Below, one piece after another: positions 8,264-16,799 of a stretch of DNA of 44,943 nucleotides. Under the pieces are notes generated by a model. It ran no database searches and was not told where the DNA came from. It worked only from the letters and a program-made list of their open reading frames with translations. A program made the position numbers and the translations under genes. The stretch's first letter is position 1. The number at the start of each line of letters is the position of its first letter. Source of the DNA: Vulcanimicrobiota bacterium (GTDB lineage: Bacteria; Vulcanimicrobiota; Vulcanimicrobiia; Vulcanimicrobiales; Vulcanimicrobiaceae); contig PLCF01000031.1 of assembly GCA_003135555.1 (NCBI GenBank), forward strand, positions 576 to 45,518, written 5' to 3'.

Positions 8264-9818
8264 GCGCCTCGGGCACGCCGCTCTCGTTCTGACGATCGCA
8301 GTCGCACTGGCGACGCCCGCTGCGGCGAAGCGTGCGGCCGAAGCGACCGTGCCGGTCGCGACGATCCTGCGCGCGTACGACGGTGCCACCCACGCCGACG
8401 ACGTGAAGACGTTCGTAGCCGAAGGAACGCTCAGCGGTGAAGGCCTGACCGGCACGTATCGCATCGTGCGCGACGGGACCAACGAACGCGAGGACGACGT
8501 GCTCGGACCGCGCCGCGAAACGTCGTTGCGTCTGGGCGACAAGCTGTACTTGCGCAACTCCAACGGCAACGTGCGCGAGCTACGGGGCTACTTGCGCCGG
8601 CGCGCGCTCACCGAGGAGCTGCTCGATTCCGGCGAGTTCGTCAAGCACCCCGAGCTGGCGCGGTTCGCCGGCTGGGGCGATTTCGGATCGGCCAGGGTCT
8701 GGCGGCTCGAAGTCAACGCCCAAGGCGGCGAGCCCGAGACGCTGTGGATCGATCCTGCGAGCGGCCTGCCGCTGCGGTTGGAGTACCTCGACGGCGACGG
8801 CCCGTCGTTCGTCGACTACTCCGACTGGCGCGACGTGCAAGGGCGGAAGATCGCCTTTCGCAACGTGGTCAGCGACGGCGACCATCGTTTCGATACCGTG
8901 CAGCAGACGACGTCGGTGATCCTCGACGGTGCCGTCGATCCGGCGACGTTTGCGGCGCTCGCCCCGCGCCTGCTCGCAACCGACCGCGTCCACGTCGTGC
9001 CGCTGATCGAGCGCGGCGGGCACGTCGGTGTCAACGTGCGCATCGCGGGCAAGGATTGGTTCTTCATCCTCGACACCGGCGCGCAGTCGATCCTCGTCGA
9101 CACCGCCGTGCTCAAGGCCGCGGGCGTCGCCGGGCAGGGAGCGATGGAGGTACGCGGCGCGTCGCGCAGCGGCGGGCTCACCGCCGCGACGCTGCCGCAG
9201 ATCGACGTCGACGGCGCGCACGTCGACGACGTGGTCGTGTCGTCGCTCGACATCGCCCAGAATTTCGGCGGTGGAATGAAGATCGACGGCATCTTGGGAT
9301 ACCCGTTCTTCGCCTGGGCGATGGTGGAGATGGACTTCGCCAAGCACGTGCTGCGCTTCGGCCCGCCGGGATCGTTCGCGCCGCAGGGCACGCGCATCGA
9401 CCTCGACGTCGATCGCGAGTTGGCCGAGGCGACCGTGCGCGTCAACAACCGGCTCGACGCGCCGTTCATCGTCGACACCGGAAACAGCGGCGAGATGCTG
9501 CTGTACCGCCCGTTCCTCGACGCGCATCCGGGGGTCGTCCCGTTCTCCGCGACCTCGTCGTGGAGCTACGGTTTGGGCGGGGCGAATGCGACGTACCGCA
9601 CCTCGCTCGACGCGGTCAAGCTCGGCGGCTACGAACTCTATCACCGCAGCGTCGACGTCGTCCTGGCCAACAACGGCGCTTTCGCCGATCGCGTCGATGC
9701 GGGGAACGTCGGCTTGGGCGTGCTGCGCAATTTCGTCGCGACGTTCGATCTGGCCAATGCGTCGCTGTACTTGGCGCGCGGTGCGAGCTTCGACGACGGG
9801 CGGAGCCGGACGCGCTAG
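8181..9818 (+). CDS. Secreted aspartyl protease with two retropepsin-like domains; start uncertain, probably near 8256-8291
   Basis: FILDTGA and FIVDTGN motifs, DGILGYPFF and GNVGLGVL closures, signal-peptide-like segment ALVLTIAVALATPAAA. Confidence 0.85.
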   Translation: MAFHRMPRRATTSKTSWLRSKSTTAVAERLGHAALVLTIAVALATPAAAKRAAEATVPVATILRAYDGATHADDVKTFVAEGTLSGEGLTGTYRIVRDGTNEREDDVLGPRRETSLRLGDKLYLRNSNGNVRELRGYLRRRALTEELLDSGEFVKHPELARFAGWGDFGSARVWRLEVNAQGGEPETLWIDPASGLPLRLEYLDGDGPSFVDYSDWRDVQGRKIAFRNVVSDGDHRFDTVQQTTSVILDGAVDPATFAALAPRLLATDRVHVVPLIERGGHVGVNVRIAGKDWFFILDTGAQSILVDTAVLKAAGVAGQGAMEVRGASRSGGLTAATLPQIDVDGAHVDDVVVSSLDIAQNFGGGMKIDGILGYPFFAWAMVEMDFAKHVLRFGPPGSFAPQGTRIDLDVDRELAEATVRVNNRLDAPFIVDTGNSGEMLLYRPFLDAHPGVVPFSATSSWSYGLGGANATYRTSLDAVKLGGYELYHRSVDVVLANNGAFADRVDAGNVGLGVLRNFVATFDLANASLYLARGASFDDGRSRTR

Positions 9819-9827
9819 CCTCCCTAC

Positions 9828-9843
9828 GTAACATTCGCGCAAC
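9828..9843 (+). promoter_or_regulatory. Shared motif copy (GTAACATTCGCGCAAC), followed by TAGGGT -10 at 9866-9871
   Basis: GTAAC-N6-GCAAC direct repeat; near-identical to 13472-13487. Confidence 0.55.
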
Positions 9844-9891
9844 ACGCGGGTCGTAGCCGGCGCGGTAGGGTCGGGGCGGAGGCACCGACTC

Positions 9892-10420
9892 ATGCACGAT
9901 TCCACCGGCGTCGCGGTCGTCGCGACGCACCTTGCCGCCGCCGACCGCCGCGCACTCTCCCAAGCGTGGTACAGCGCGCTGCACCTCGCCGAACGAGCCG
10001 CGCCGCGGCGGCCCCGGTTCGCGCCTGCGACTCGCGCGCCCGGGCTCGCACCGCCGTTGCGCAGCACTGCGAGCCCCGCGCCGGCGCCGGCCGCTGCGGC
10101 GCGCATCGTTCGCGCCGCATGCTCGGCCGCGCCGGGATCGCGCGGCAAGCCGGAACCCGGCGGAGCGGAGCGGCGCGCGCCGGCCAGCGAGCTCGCGCGC
10201 CGCATCGAGACCGCGGTTGCGCCGCCGACCCAACGCGGCGAGCGCCGGCTTCGTGTTGCGCGCCGGCGGCGGACGCGTACACGTCGTGGTGCGCTGCATC
10301 GGCGCGCGAACGCGCATCGTGGCCGTCTGCGCGCCGTCCTTGCGCGAGCGTGTCGAGCGCGCGCTGGCGCAGGCTCGTTTCGCGCTGGCGGGTCGCGGCG
10401 TCCCGGCGGAGGTCGCATAG
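9892..10420 (+). pseudogene. FliK-C/T3S4-like protein split by a +1 frameshift near 10222 (pseudogene or sequencing error)
   Basis: GGAGG plus ATG 9892 reads to ...RIETAVA; removing one base near 10222 continues RRPNAASAGFVLRAGGGRVHVVVR...RERVERALAQARFALAGRGV to stop 10420, adjacent to next ATG 10422. Confidence 0.55.
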
Positions 10421-10421
10421 C

Positions 10422-11147
10422 ATGCACGGAGCGTCGCCGCTCGACGCCTACGACCGCGTGCTGTCGCGCGCAACGGATCTGCGCGAGATCTTCCGAGCCG
10501 GCGCGCTGCCGCTCAACGACGACGTCGGCACCGGCCCGCGGCTCGTGCCGTCGAGCGATCCGCTCAGCGTCGTACCGCCGCCCGGCGCGTGGCTGGTGAC
10601 GCGCGCCGCGGATGGCCGCCGGGCGTACGAGCGCGACGGGACGTTTTCGCTCGCCGACGGCGTGCTGCGCACGCGCGACGGCGCCGAGGTGTTGGGGTAT
10701 CCCGGCGGCGACGCGCGCGGCGCGGTTCCCGTCCCGCTGCGCGTGCCGCCCACCGATCGTGCGCTCGGACGCGGCGCAGACGCGCGCGTCGAGAGCGACG
10801 GCACGGTCGCGTACACGCGCGCCGCGATCGACCCACGCACCGGAACGCGCGCCGACGAGCGGATCGTACTGGGTCGCCTGGCGCTGGCGCGCTTTCCGGC
10901 CGGCACGCACCTCCAGCGCCTCGACGCAGCCCGCGCCGCCGCTCCGCCGGGCGTCGTGCCGCACGTTGGGAAGCCCGGCGACGACACGTTTCCGGTGCTG
11001 GCGACGTTCAGCCGCGACGCCGGCGGCATCGACGTCGCCGCGGGGGTCGCGCGCTTGGACGAAGCCTATCGCGCCTTCGAGGCGCTGAGCGCTGCGCTCA
11101 AGTCCCGCATGGCGGTCCAAAAGACGACCGTCGACCTCGTCAAATGA
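10422..11147 (+). CDS. FlgF/FlgG/FlgE-family rod/hook protein, divergent
   Basis: YERDGTFSLADGVLRTRDGAEVLG, VESDGTV, LGRLALARFP, C-terminal DEAYRAFEALS...VDLVK. Confidence 0.8.
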   Translation: MHGASPLDAYDRVLSRATDLREIFRAGALPLNDDVGTGPRLVPSSDPLSVVPPPGAWLVTRAADGRRAYERDGTFSLADGVLRTRDGAEVLGYPGGDARGAVPVPLRVPPTDRALGRGADARVESDGTVAYTRAAIDPRTGTRADERIVLGRLALARFPAGTHLQRLDAARAAAPPGVVPHVGKPGDDTFPVLATFSRDAGGIDVAAGVARLDEAYRAFEALSAALKSRMAVQKTTVDLVK

Positions 11148-11953
11148 TCGCCTCCGCGACCTTCGGCCCGCGCCGCGGCGGGGTCCGGCCGCTGCGTTTC
11201 GCCGTGCGCGCATCGATCCCGATCGAGGCCGCCTGCGTGGTCGCCAACGGCGTCCGCGAGACGCTGCGCGAGCTCTTCGGCGAAGCCTGCGAACTCGTGC
11301 TGGGTGAGCCGGCGGCGCTGGGGGCCGACTGCTGGCCGGCCCTGGCCCGCGAGGCGCTGCTCTTTCTGAGCCGCGGCCGGCAGACCGACGTCATCCTCGT
11401 TCTGCCGCGCTCCGACGCACGGCGGCTCGTCTTAAGGGCGTTCGGCGAGGCCGACGGCGCCGGCGAAGACGGTCGAGCCGACGCCTGCAGCGCGCTCGAG
11501 CTACTGGCGCTCGAGCGCATCGCGGCGCGCTGCGCCCGCGCCTTCGACCCGCTCTACGCCGAGCAGCGCGACCCGTGCCGGGCCGTCCAAGCCCACGAGG
11601 TCCCGGCGTGCGTGGCCTACTTCGACCTGCGCGTCGGCACCCCGATCGCGCTGACGCTGGGGATCGGGATCGTCCGCGACCTCCCGCAGGCGGGCCCCGC
11701 GGGGGCCCTTCCGGCCGCCGTGCTGGACGAGGTGATGGTTGAAGCGCACGCCGTTTTTGCCGAAGGTACCATTGACGCTGCGTCGTTCGTGCACTTGCGC
11801 CCGGGCGACGTGGTGAAGCTGGATACCAAGATCGGTGCTGCGGCAACCTTGAGACTCGGGGACCGGCGCCTTGCCGCAGGCGCTCCCGGCGTCGTCCGAT
11901 CGCGCACCGCCCTTCTGATCCACGACGTCGCGTTGGGAGCCCACCACCCGTGA
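11144..11953 (+). CDS. FliM-like C-ring protein with C-terminal SpoA domain
   Basis: [12 protein letters not shown]...[10 protein letters not shown]...RLAAGAPG SpoA pattern; directly upstream of fliN. Confidence 0.7.
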   Translation: MIASATFGPRRGGVRPLRFAVRASIPIEAACVVANGVRETLRELFGEACELVLGEPAALGADCWPALAREALLFLSRGRQTDVILVLPRSDARRLVLRAFGEADGAGEDGRADACSALELLALERIAARCARAFDPLYAEQRDPCRAVQAHEVPACVAYFDLRVGTPIALTLGIGIVRDLPQAGPAGALPAAVLDEVMVEAHAVFAEGTIDAASFVHLRPGDVVKLDTKIGAAATLRLGDRRLAAGAPGVVRSRTALLIHDVALGAHHP

Positions 11954-12207
11954 TCATGTCCGAGCAAGGCAAGAACCTCGACCTCTTGATGAACGTGCCG
12001 CTCAAGGTGACGGCGGAGCTTGGCACGTGCAAGATGCTCGTGCGCGACATCCTCAAGCTGGGCACGGGCTCGGTGGTCGAGCTCGACCGCCAAGCGGGCG
12101 GCCCGGTCGACCTGCTCGTCAACGACCGGCTCGTCGCCCGCGGCGAGGTCGTCGCGATCGACGAGAACTTCGGCGTGCGCGTAACGGAGCTGATCGAAAA
12201 GGTCTAG
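11950..12207 (+). CDS. fliN: C-ring protein FliN
   Basis: [17 protein letters not shown]...GSVVELDR...[19 protein letters not shown]. Confidence 0.95.
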   Translation: MIMSEQGKNLDLLMNVPLKVTAELGTCKMLVRDILKLGTGSVVELDRQAGGPVDLLVNDRLVARGEVVAIDENFGVRVTELIEKV

Positions 12208-12217
12208 CATCGCGGGC

Positions 12218-12234
12218 CCCGCGCCCAGCGCGGG
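12218..12234. terminator. GC hairpin between convergent fliN and fic
   Basis: CCCGCGC-CCA-GCGCGGG stem-loop; no U-tract. Confidence 0.3.
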
Positions 12235-13362
12235 CTACGGCGTAGCCCAGTCGTCAAAGCTTCGTAACGAATAGCTCGTTTTCTTACTGCCGCCGGGGTT
12301 GCGCACGATGAGCTGTTTTAGCGCGAGGTCAGCGATGTCGCGCTGTGCGGTGTCGAGTGAAACGTTCGCGAGCTTTGCGTATTTCGGCGTGGTGAGAAAG
12401 CCTTGCCAGTCATCTTCAAGCAACCGTTCTAAGACGTACTTATTGCGCGCCGATATCCCGGCCTCATGCGCGTGGCTCCAGAATTTGGACCGCGCCAGAA
12501 CGTTGTTGATGGTTTCCAGTGATCTTTGCGTTGCGCGGTAGTAGCATTCGAGAAACCATTTCAACCAGGGTGTTACGTTGAGATCGCCTCGTTGCGCGCG
12601 TTCCAGATGTTCATAGTAGGCGTTCTTCTCGCGCGCGATCTGTGCGGTCATGCTCACGTAGCGAAAGGGTGACTGTTCGGCCCGTGAAAGCGCCGTGTCG
12701 GCAATCGCGCGTGCAATCCGGCCATTGCCGTCGTCGAATGGATGGATGGTCACAAACCAGAGGTGCGCGATCCCGGCGAAAACCAGACCGTCGATCGCCG
12801 GCGGTCCGTTGAACCAGGTGATGAAGTGCTCCATCTCGTCGCGGAGGCGCCCGGCCGGCGGCGCCTCATAGTGGACGATTGGAGCATCGACTCTGCCGGA
12901 CACTACTTGCATAGGCCCGGAAGCATCGTCACGAAAGGCGCCGACCGTGGTGCGCGAACTCGCGCCCCGAGCCCTGGGAAACAGGCCGGCCTGCCAGCCG
13001 AAAAGACGCTCGAGCGTGAGCCCTTCTGCGTGCTTTCGCGTTGCGTCCAGAATCATCGAGGTCACACCCTCGGCGTACGGATCCGTTGCGGCCCCGGCTC
13101 CGGCAGCCTCCAGCCGCCGAGCGACCGATGACCGAACGCTCGAGCGACTGACCGTAGCACCCTCGATCGCCGATGTTTCGACGGCATCCTCGGTTCGGGC
13201 GTCCACCTCGATATTCTGGCGCTGGACGAAGCCGAGGTTACGGACCGCACCCTGAACCTCACCCTGCCCATATCGAGCGCGCCCGAGAGGCCCGACCAGG
13301 GGTTCCGAGTCGAAGGCCAGGACTGGCCAAGCCGGCTGCTCCCAGACATAGATTCGCCGCAT
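12235..13362 (-). CDS. Fic-family protein with DUF4172-type N-terminus and C-terminal HTH
   Basis: HLWFVTIHPFDDGNGRIAR Fic motif; YVWEQPAWP N-terminus; YAKLANVSLDTAQRDI. Confidence 0.93.
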   Translation of the reverse strand: MRRIYVWEQPAWPVLAFDSEPLVGPLGRARYGQGEVQGAVRNLGFVQRQNIEVDARTEDAVETSAIEGATVSRSSVRSSVARRLEAAGAGAATDPYAEGVTSMILDATRKHAEGLTLERLFGWQAGLFPRARGASSRTTVGAFRDDASGPMQVVSGRVDAPIVHYEAPPAGRLRDEMEHFITWFNGPPAIDGLVFAGIAHLWFVTIHPFDDGNGRIARAIADTALSRAEQSPFRYVSMTAQIAREKNAYYEHLERAQRGDLNVTPWLKWFLECYYRATQRSLETINNVLARSKFWSHAHEAGISARNKYVLERLLEDDWQGFLTTPKYAKLANVSLDTAQRDIADLALKQLIVRNPGGSKKTSYSLRSFDDWATP

Positions 13363-13374
13363 ATCGTGCGGTGA

Positions 13375-13403
13375 ATCGTAGCATGGGCGCGGCCGGATGA
13401 CAA
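13375..13403 (-). promoter_or_regulatory. Sigma70-type promoter of fic
   Basis: TTGTCA-N17-TACGAT with TGn extension on minus strand. Confidence 0.6.
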
Positions 13404-13471
13404 GCGATTCGCCGCAAGGAGTGCGGCAAACCGTGGCGCGATTCGCCGCACCGGCCCGGCCGACCGGCGCC

Positions 13472-13487
13472 GTAACATTGCGGCTAC
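13472..13487 (+). promoter_or_regulatory. Shared motif copy (GTAACATTGCGGCTAC) upstream of fliP
   Basis: Starts 49 bp before ATG 13521; followed by CAAGCT-N6-ATG. Confidence 0.55.
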
Positions 13488-13520
13488 GCGGTGCTCGCCG
13501 CAGGGCCGCAAGCTGGTCGC

Positions 13521-14180
13521 ATGGACGACTTGCTGCGGATCGCCAACCACGGGCACTCGACGCTGCCGCTCGACGTGCTCGCGGCGCTGACGCTGCTCTC
13601 GCTGGCGCCGTTCGTGCTCGTCCTCTCGACGGCGTTCGTGCGCATCGTGGTGGTGCTCTCGCTGGTGCGCTCGGCGATCGGCGCCCCGATGCTGCCGCCT
13701 AACGCCGTGCTCACCGGCCTCGCACTGGTGCTGACGTTCGTCATCATGACGCCGACCTTCGACGCGTTGCAGCGCGACGCGATCCGGCCGTACGCGGCGG
13801 GAAGGCTCACCCAGGCGGCGTTCCTGGACCGAGCGAGCCGGCCGCTGCGCGCGTTCATGCTGCGCCAAACGAAGTCGCGCGATCTCGCCGTGTTCGCCCG
13901 CGTCGCGCGCCGTGCGCCGGACGAGCCCGCGGCGGATGTGCCGCTGACCGTGCTCATCCCCGCCTTCGTCGTGGGTGAGCTGCGCTCGGCGTTCGCGATC
14001 GGGGTGGCGCTCTATCTCCCGTTCGTCGCGATCGACCTCGCCGTCGCCGCGATTTTGATGGGCCTCGGCATGGTGATGCTCAGCCCGCCGATCATCTCGC
14101 TGCCCTGCAAGGTGCTGCTCTTCGTGATGGTCGACGGCTGGGCGCTGGTCTGCAACGGCGTCATGCAGAGCTTTCGGTAG
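13521..14180 (+). CDS. fliP: Export gate protein FliP/SctR
   Basis: TAFVRIVVVLSLVRSAIG...PPNAVL, PAFVVGELRSAF, YLPFVAIDL, SLPCKVLLFVMVDGW. Confidence 0.95.
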   Translation: MDDLLRIANHGHSTLPLDVLAALTLLSLAPFVLVLSTAFVRIVVVLSLVRSAIGAPMLPPNAVLTGLALVLTFVIMTPTFDALQRDAIRPYAAGRLTQAAFLDRASRPLRAFMLRQTKSRDLAVFARVARRAPDEPAADVPLTVLIPAFVVGELRSAFAIGVALYLPFVAIDLAVAAILMGLGMVMLSPPIISLPCKVLLFVMVDGWALVCNGVMQSFR

Positions 14181-14287
14181 ACCGGAACCAGCTCTTGGGA
14201 AGGAACGGATGCCGCCAAAAGGAGGCATTCAAGTGGCCGCAGGAACTGGATGTCCGATATGCGGGCAACGCGCCGCGGGAGTTGAGA

Positions 14288-14437
14288 ATGAACGGACCAA
14301 AGCGTGCGACGGGCAAGCCGTCAAAGGTCCTTATTACGGCGTTGGTCGTATCCGTAATGCTCCTCGTCGGGCTGCCGCTCATTCTCTTCGCGTACGTCAT
14401 CACTCGCGTGGACAGGATGCTACTTCCCGGGCACTGA
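14288..14437 (+). CDS. Putative small single-TM protein (49 aa)
   Basis: Basic N-terminus followed by VLITALVVSVMLLVGLPLILFAYVI. Confidence 0.35.
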   Translation: MNGPKRATGKPSKVLITALVVSVMLLVGLPLILFAYVITRVDRMLLPGH

Positions 14438-14646
14438 CGCGCCTGCGCAACGCACTCTCTGTCGGCCTTCTACGAGGACCGGCAGCCCGAGTTCCCGGCC
14501 CTCGATGCGTCCGCCGCCCACATCCACGCGATCACCCAAGCACTCTGGCGATCGTAAATCATGCCGTGTCCAAACCCGCCGGTCATCCGGATCGTGGACA
14601 CCAAGAAAATGGTCTTCCGCGCGCCCTCGGGGAATGGTGCCTAATC

Positions 14647-15525
14647 ATGCGCATCGCGGAGAAGATTGGGACCCGGCGGCCGTTCTTTTCGTTCGAGTTC
14701 TTTCCGCCCAAGGACGACGCGGCGGAGAAGAACCTGTTCGCGACGATCGAGGCGCTCAAGCCGCTCGACCCGGGCTTCGTCTCGATCACCTACGGCGCGG
14801 GCGGATCGACGCGCACGCGCACGGTGGAGTTGGCCAAGCGGCTGCGCAGCGAGATCGGCTTCGACGTGATGGCGCACCTGACGTGCGCCGGCGCCACCGC
14901 CGACGAGCTGCGCGCGCTGCTCAACGACCTGCGCCGCGGCGGGATCGAGAACATCATGGCGCTGCGCGGCGATCCGCCCAAGGGGACCGAAGCCTTCGTC
15001 ACCGCGGCGGGCGGTTTCGCGCACGCCAGCGACCTGATCGCCCTCATCAAGTCGGAGTTCGCGTTTTGCGTCGGCGGCGCGTGCTATCCCGAGAAGCACC
15101 CCGAGGCGACGAGCCTCGATGCGGACCTCGCCGCGCTGTCGACCAAGGTGCGCGCCGGCGCGGAATTCTTGGTCACGCAACTGTTCTTCGACAATGCGCG
15201 CTACGTCGAGTTCGTCGAGCAGGCGCGGCGCTGGGGGATCACGGTGCCGATCCTGCCCGGGATCATGCCGATCACCAACTACGACCAGATCGACCGCTTC
15301 ACGCGCGGGTGCGGCGCGGTCATCCCGCCCAGCCTGCGCGCCGAGCTCGAAGCGCGCCGCGACGACTCCAACGCGATCGTCGACTTGGGCGTCGCCTACA
15401 TGACGCTGCAAGTCGCCGACCTGCTCGCCCGCGGCGCGCCGGGCGTGCACTTTTACACCCTCAACCGCTCGCCCGCGACGAGGGCCGTCGTCTCCGCGCT
15501 CAAGGCGGCCCGGCGCGCGTGGTGA
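14647..15525 (+). CDS. metF: 5,10-methylenetetrahydrofolate reductase
   Basis: FSFEFFPPK, FVSITYGAGG, AHLTC, ALRGDPP, YPEKHP, TQLFFD, HFYTLN. Confidence 0.97.
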   Translation: MRIAEKIGTRRPFFSFEFFPPKDDAAEKNLFATIEALKPLDPGFVSITYGAGGSTRTRTVELAKRLRSEIGFDVMAHLTCAGATADELRALLNDLRRGGIENIMALRGDPPKGTEAFVTAAGGFAHASDLIALIKSEFAFCVGGACYPEKHPEATSLDADLAALSTKVRAGAEFLVTQLFFDNARYVEFVEQARRWGITVPILPGIMPITNYDQIDRFTRGCGAVIPPSLRAELEARRDDSNAIVDLGVAYMTLQVADLLARGAPGVHFYTLNRSPATRAVVSALKAARRAW

Positions 15526-15526
15526 A
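15484..15526 (+). repeat. 43-bp direct repeat A (3' end of metF)
   Basis: 42/43 identical to 16748-16790. Confidence 0.95.
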
Positions 15527-15540
15527 GAGACGATCCGACG

Positions 15541-16629
15541 TCAGCTGTTCTCCGGCGGCGTCATGATGGCGCCTATGACCGTCTCGTCACCGAAGTAGTA
15601 CGAATGTGATCTCCCCGTGATCCGATCGGGCAGAGAGACTGTGGGTACGGCGCTACGCGCTGAATACTTCACGCTCGGCCTGCGGATCGGCGTCGTCGTC
15701 GCGATCCAGTCATTTGAAGAATTGAAGTCTTGCCAGCGGGTGACGTCCGCATTTGCAAGGCAGGAGTCGATCAAGGGGTCGACGAGCGCGGGGTTCTCGG
15801 CCGACAAAAACTTCAGAAAGCCGCCGAGCGTTACGAGTCGAATCGGATGGCGTAGAGCGTCCTCGTGGTCGAGATAGTCCAGAGCCATCACGCACCCGAA
15901 ACTATGAGCTACGAGAGAGACGTGTCGGTACCCAGCGTTGGTGACGCGCGGCACGACTTGCGCTAGCGTCTGACGAAGTTGGGCGCGCATCGTCACGCCT
16001 GTTCGATCCGTGGCTCCGAAGAGATAGCGGCGCAAAAGGTCCGCGAGATCGATGCTGCGATCGACGTCGACGTTCAAAACCGTCAGGACCGCAGTTGCCC
16101 AGATCAATGGTTTGACTTCCAACATCGACGCCCCTAGGTCGCTCACTCGCTTGTCCCAGTCGGTGCCAAACGCTCCTGAGTGACCTATCGCCGTCAACGC
16201 GATCGCAACGGTGCCATACAGCCACAACACGATGAGCGAGAGACTCAGCACGATCGCGACCGCCCAAAACGGAGACTCGCGAAACGACTTCACGAGCCGG
16301 AGATTGAGAAACGAGAAGAGCAGAAGGAAACCCGTTGGCAACTTCTGCCACCATTTCCCCGCACTCGCGAAGTCGAACTTGGCTTTCCACTCGACTTCGA
16401 AGATATCGGTCGAGGTGACGACTTCGGTTTTCGCGTCGCGCACGGTGACCTGCGTACCGCTTAGGCCTTCGATCGTCGCCGTCGCTTCGGCGTAGCCTAC
16501 GCCGCTGTTGTACTGACGGATTCCTGCGAGGAGCAGCGTCAGCGACGCTTCGCGCGTTACGGATGTCTCAAATCCAGGGACCAGGATGATCGCGTTTGCT
16601 TGCGCTCGCTGTGCCACACCGTCGGTCAT
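15541..16629 (-). CDS. Membrane-anchored alpha/beta-hydrolase (lipase-like), foreign composition
   Basis: IILVPG, TM segments, LVAHSFG nucleophile elbow, LVTLGG, NDWIA, HSYY; AGGAG upstream; visibly more AT-rich than flanks. Confidence 0.7.
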   Translation of the reverse strand: MTDGVAQRAQANAIILVPGFETSVTREASLTLLLAGIRQYNSGVGYAEATATIEGLSGTQVTVRDAKTEVVTSTDIFEVEWKAKFDFASAGKWWQKLPTGFLLLFSFLNLRLVKSFRESPFWAVAIVLSLSLIVLWLYGTVAIALTAIGHSGAFGTDWDKRVSDLGASMLEVKPLIWATAVLTVLNVDVDRSIDLADLLRRYLFGATDRTGVTMRAQLRQTLAQVVPRVTNAGYRHVSLVAHSFGCVMALDYLDHEDALRHPIRLVTLGGFLKFLSAENPALVDPLIDSCLANADVTRWQDFNSSNDWIATTTPIRRPSVKYSARSAVPTVSLPDRITGRSHSYYFGDETVIGAIMTPPENS

Positions 16630-16696
16630 GGAGGTTGCTCCTAGCAGTATCGAGGTTTGCCGCCTCTGTTGCATGCTTGAGCAACCGATCCATCCT

Positions 16697-16729
16697 TCGC
16701 CGCGACGCGCGGCGGCAAGATCCCGGCGC
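16697..16729 (+). repeat. 33-bp repeat B' (degenerate copy of fliQ upstream region)
   Basis: 29/33 identical to 17597-17629. Confidence 0.85.
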
Positions 16730-16747
16730 GACACAGGCCGCGTAGAT

Positions 16748-16790
16748 GCCGTCGTCTCCGCGCTCAAGGCGGCCCGGCGCGCATGGTGAA
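16748..16790 (+). repeat. 43-bp direct repeat A' (orphan copy of metF 3' end, AVVSALKAARRAW*)
   Basis: 42/43 identical to 15484-15526. Confidence 0.95.
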
Positions 16791-16799
16791 ACGGTCGAG

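Noticed and set aside
1800..11213. Many long alternative-frame ORFs (e.g. 1800-3608, 4602-6554, 6152-8569, 8580-11213)
   Set aside because: Arg/Ala/Pro-rich shadow ORFs overlapping genes with clear motifs; expected in very GC-rich DNA
14438..14646. Possible SAM/SAH riboswitch upstream of metF
   Set aside because: No recognisable SAM-I, SAM-II or SAH core motifs by eye; needs an Rfam scan
14209..14646. 146-aa N-terminal extension of MetF in the ORF track
   Set aside because: MetF homology starts at ATG 14647; the upstream part has no MetF-like features
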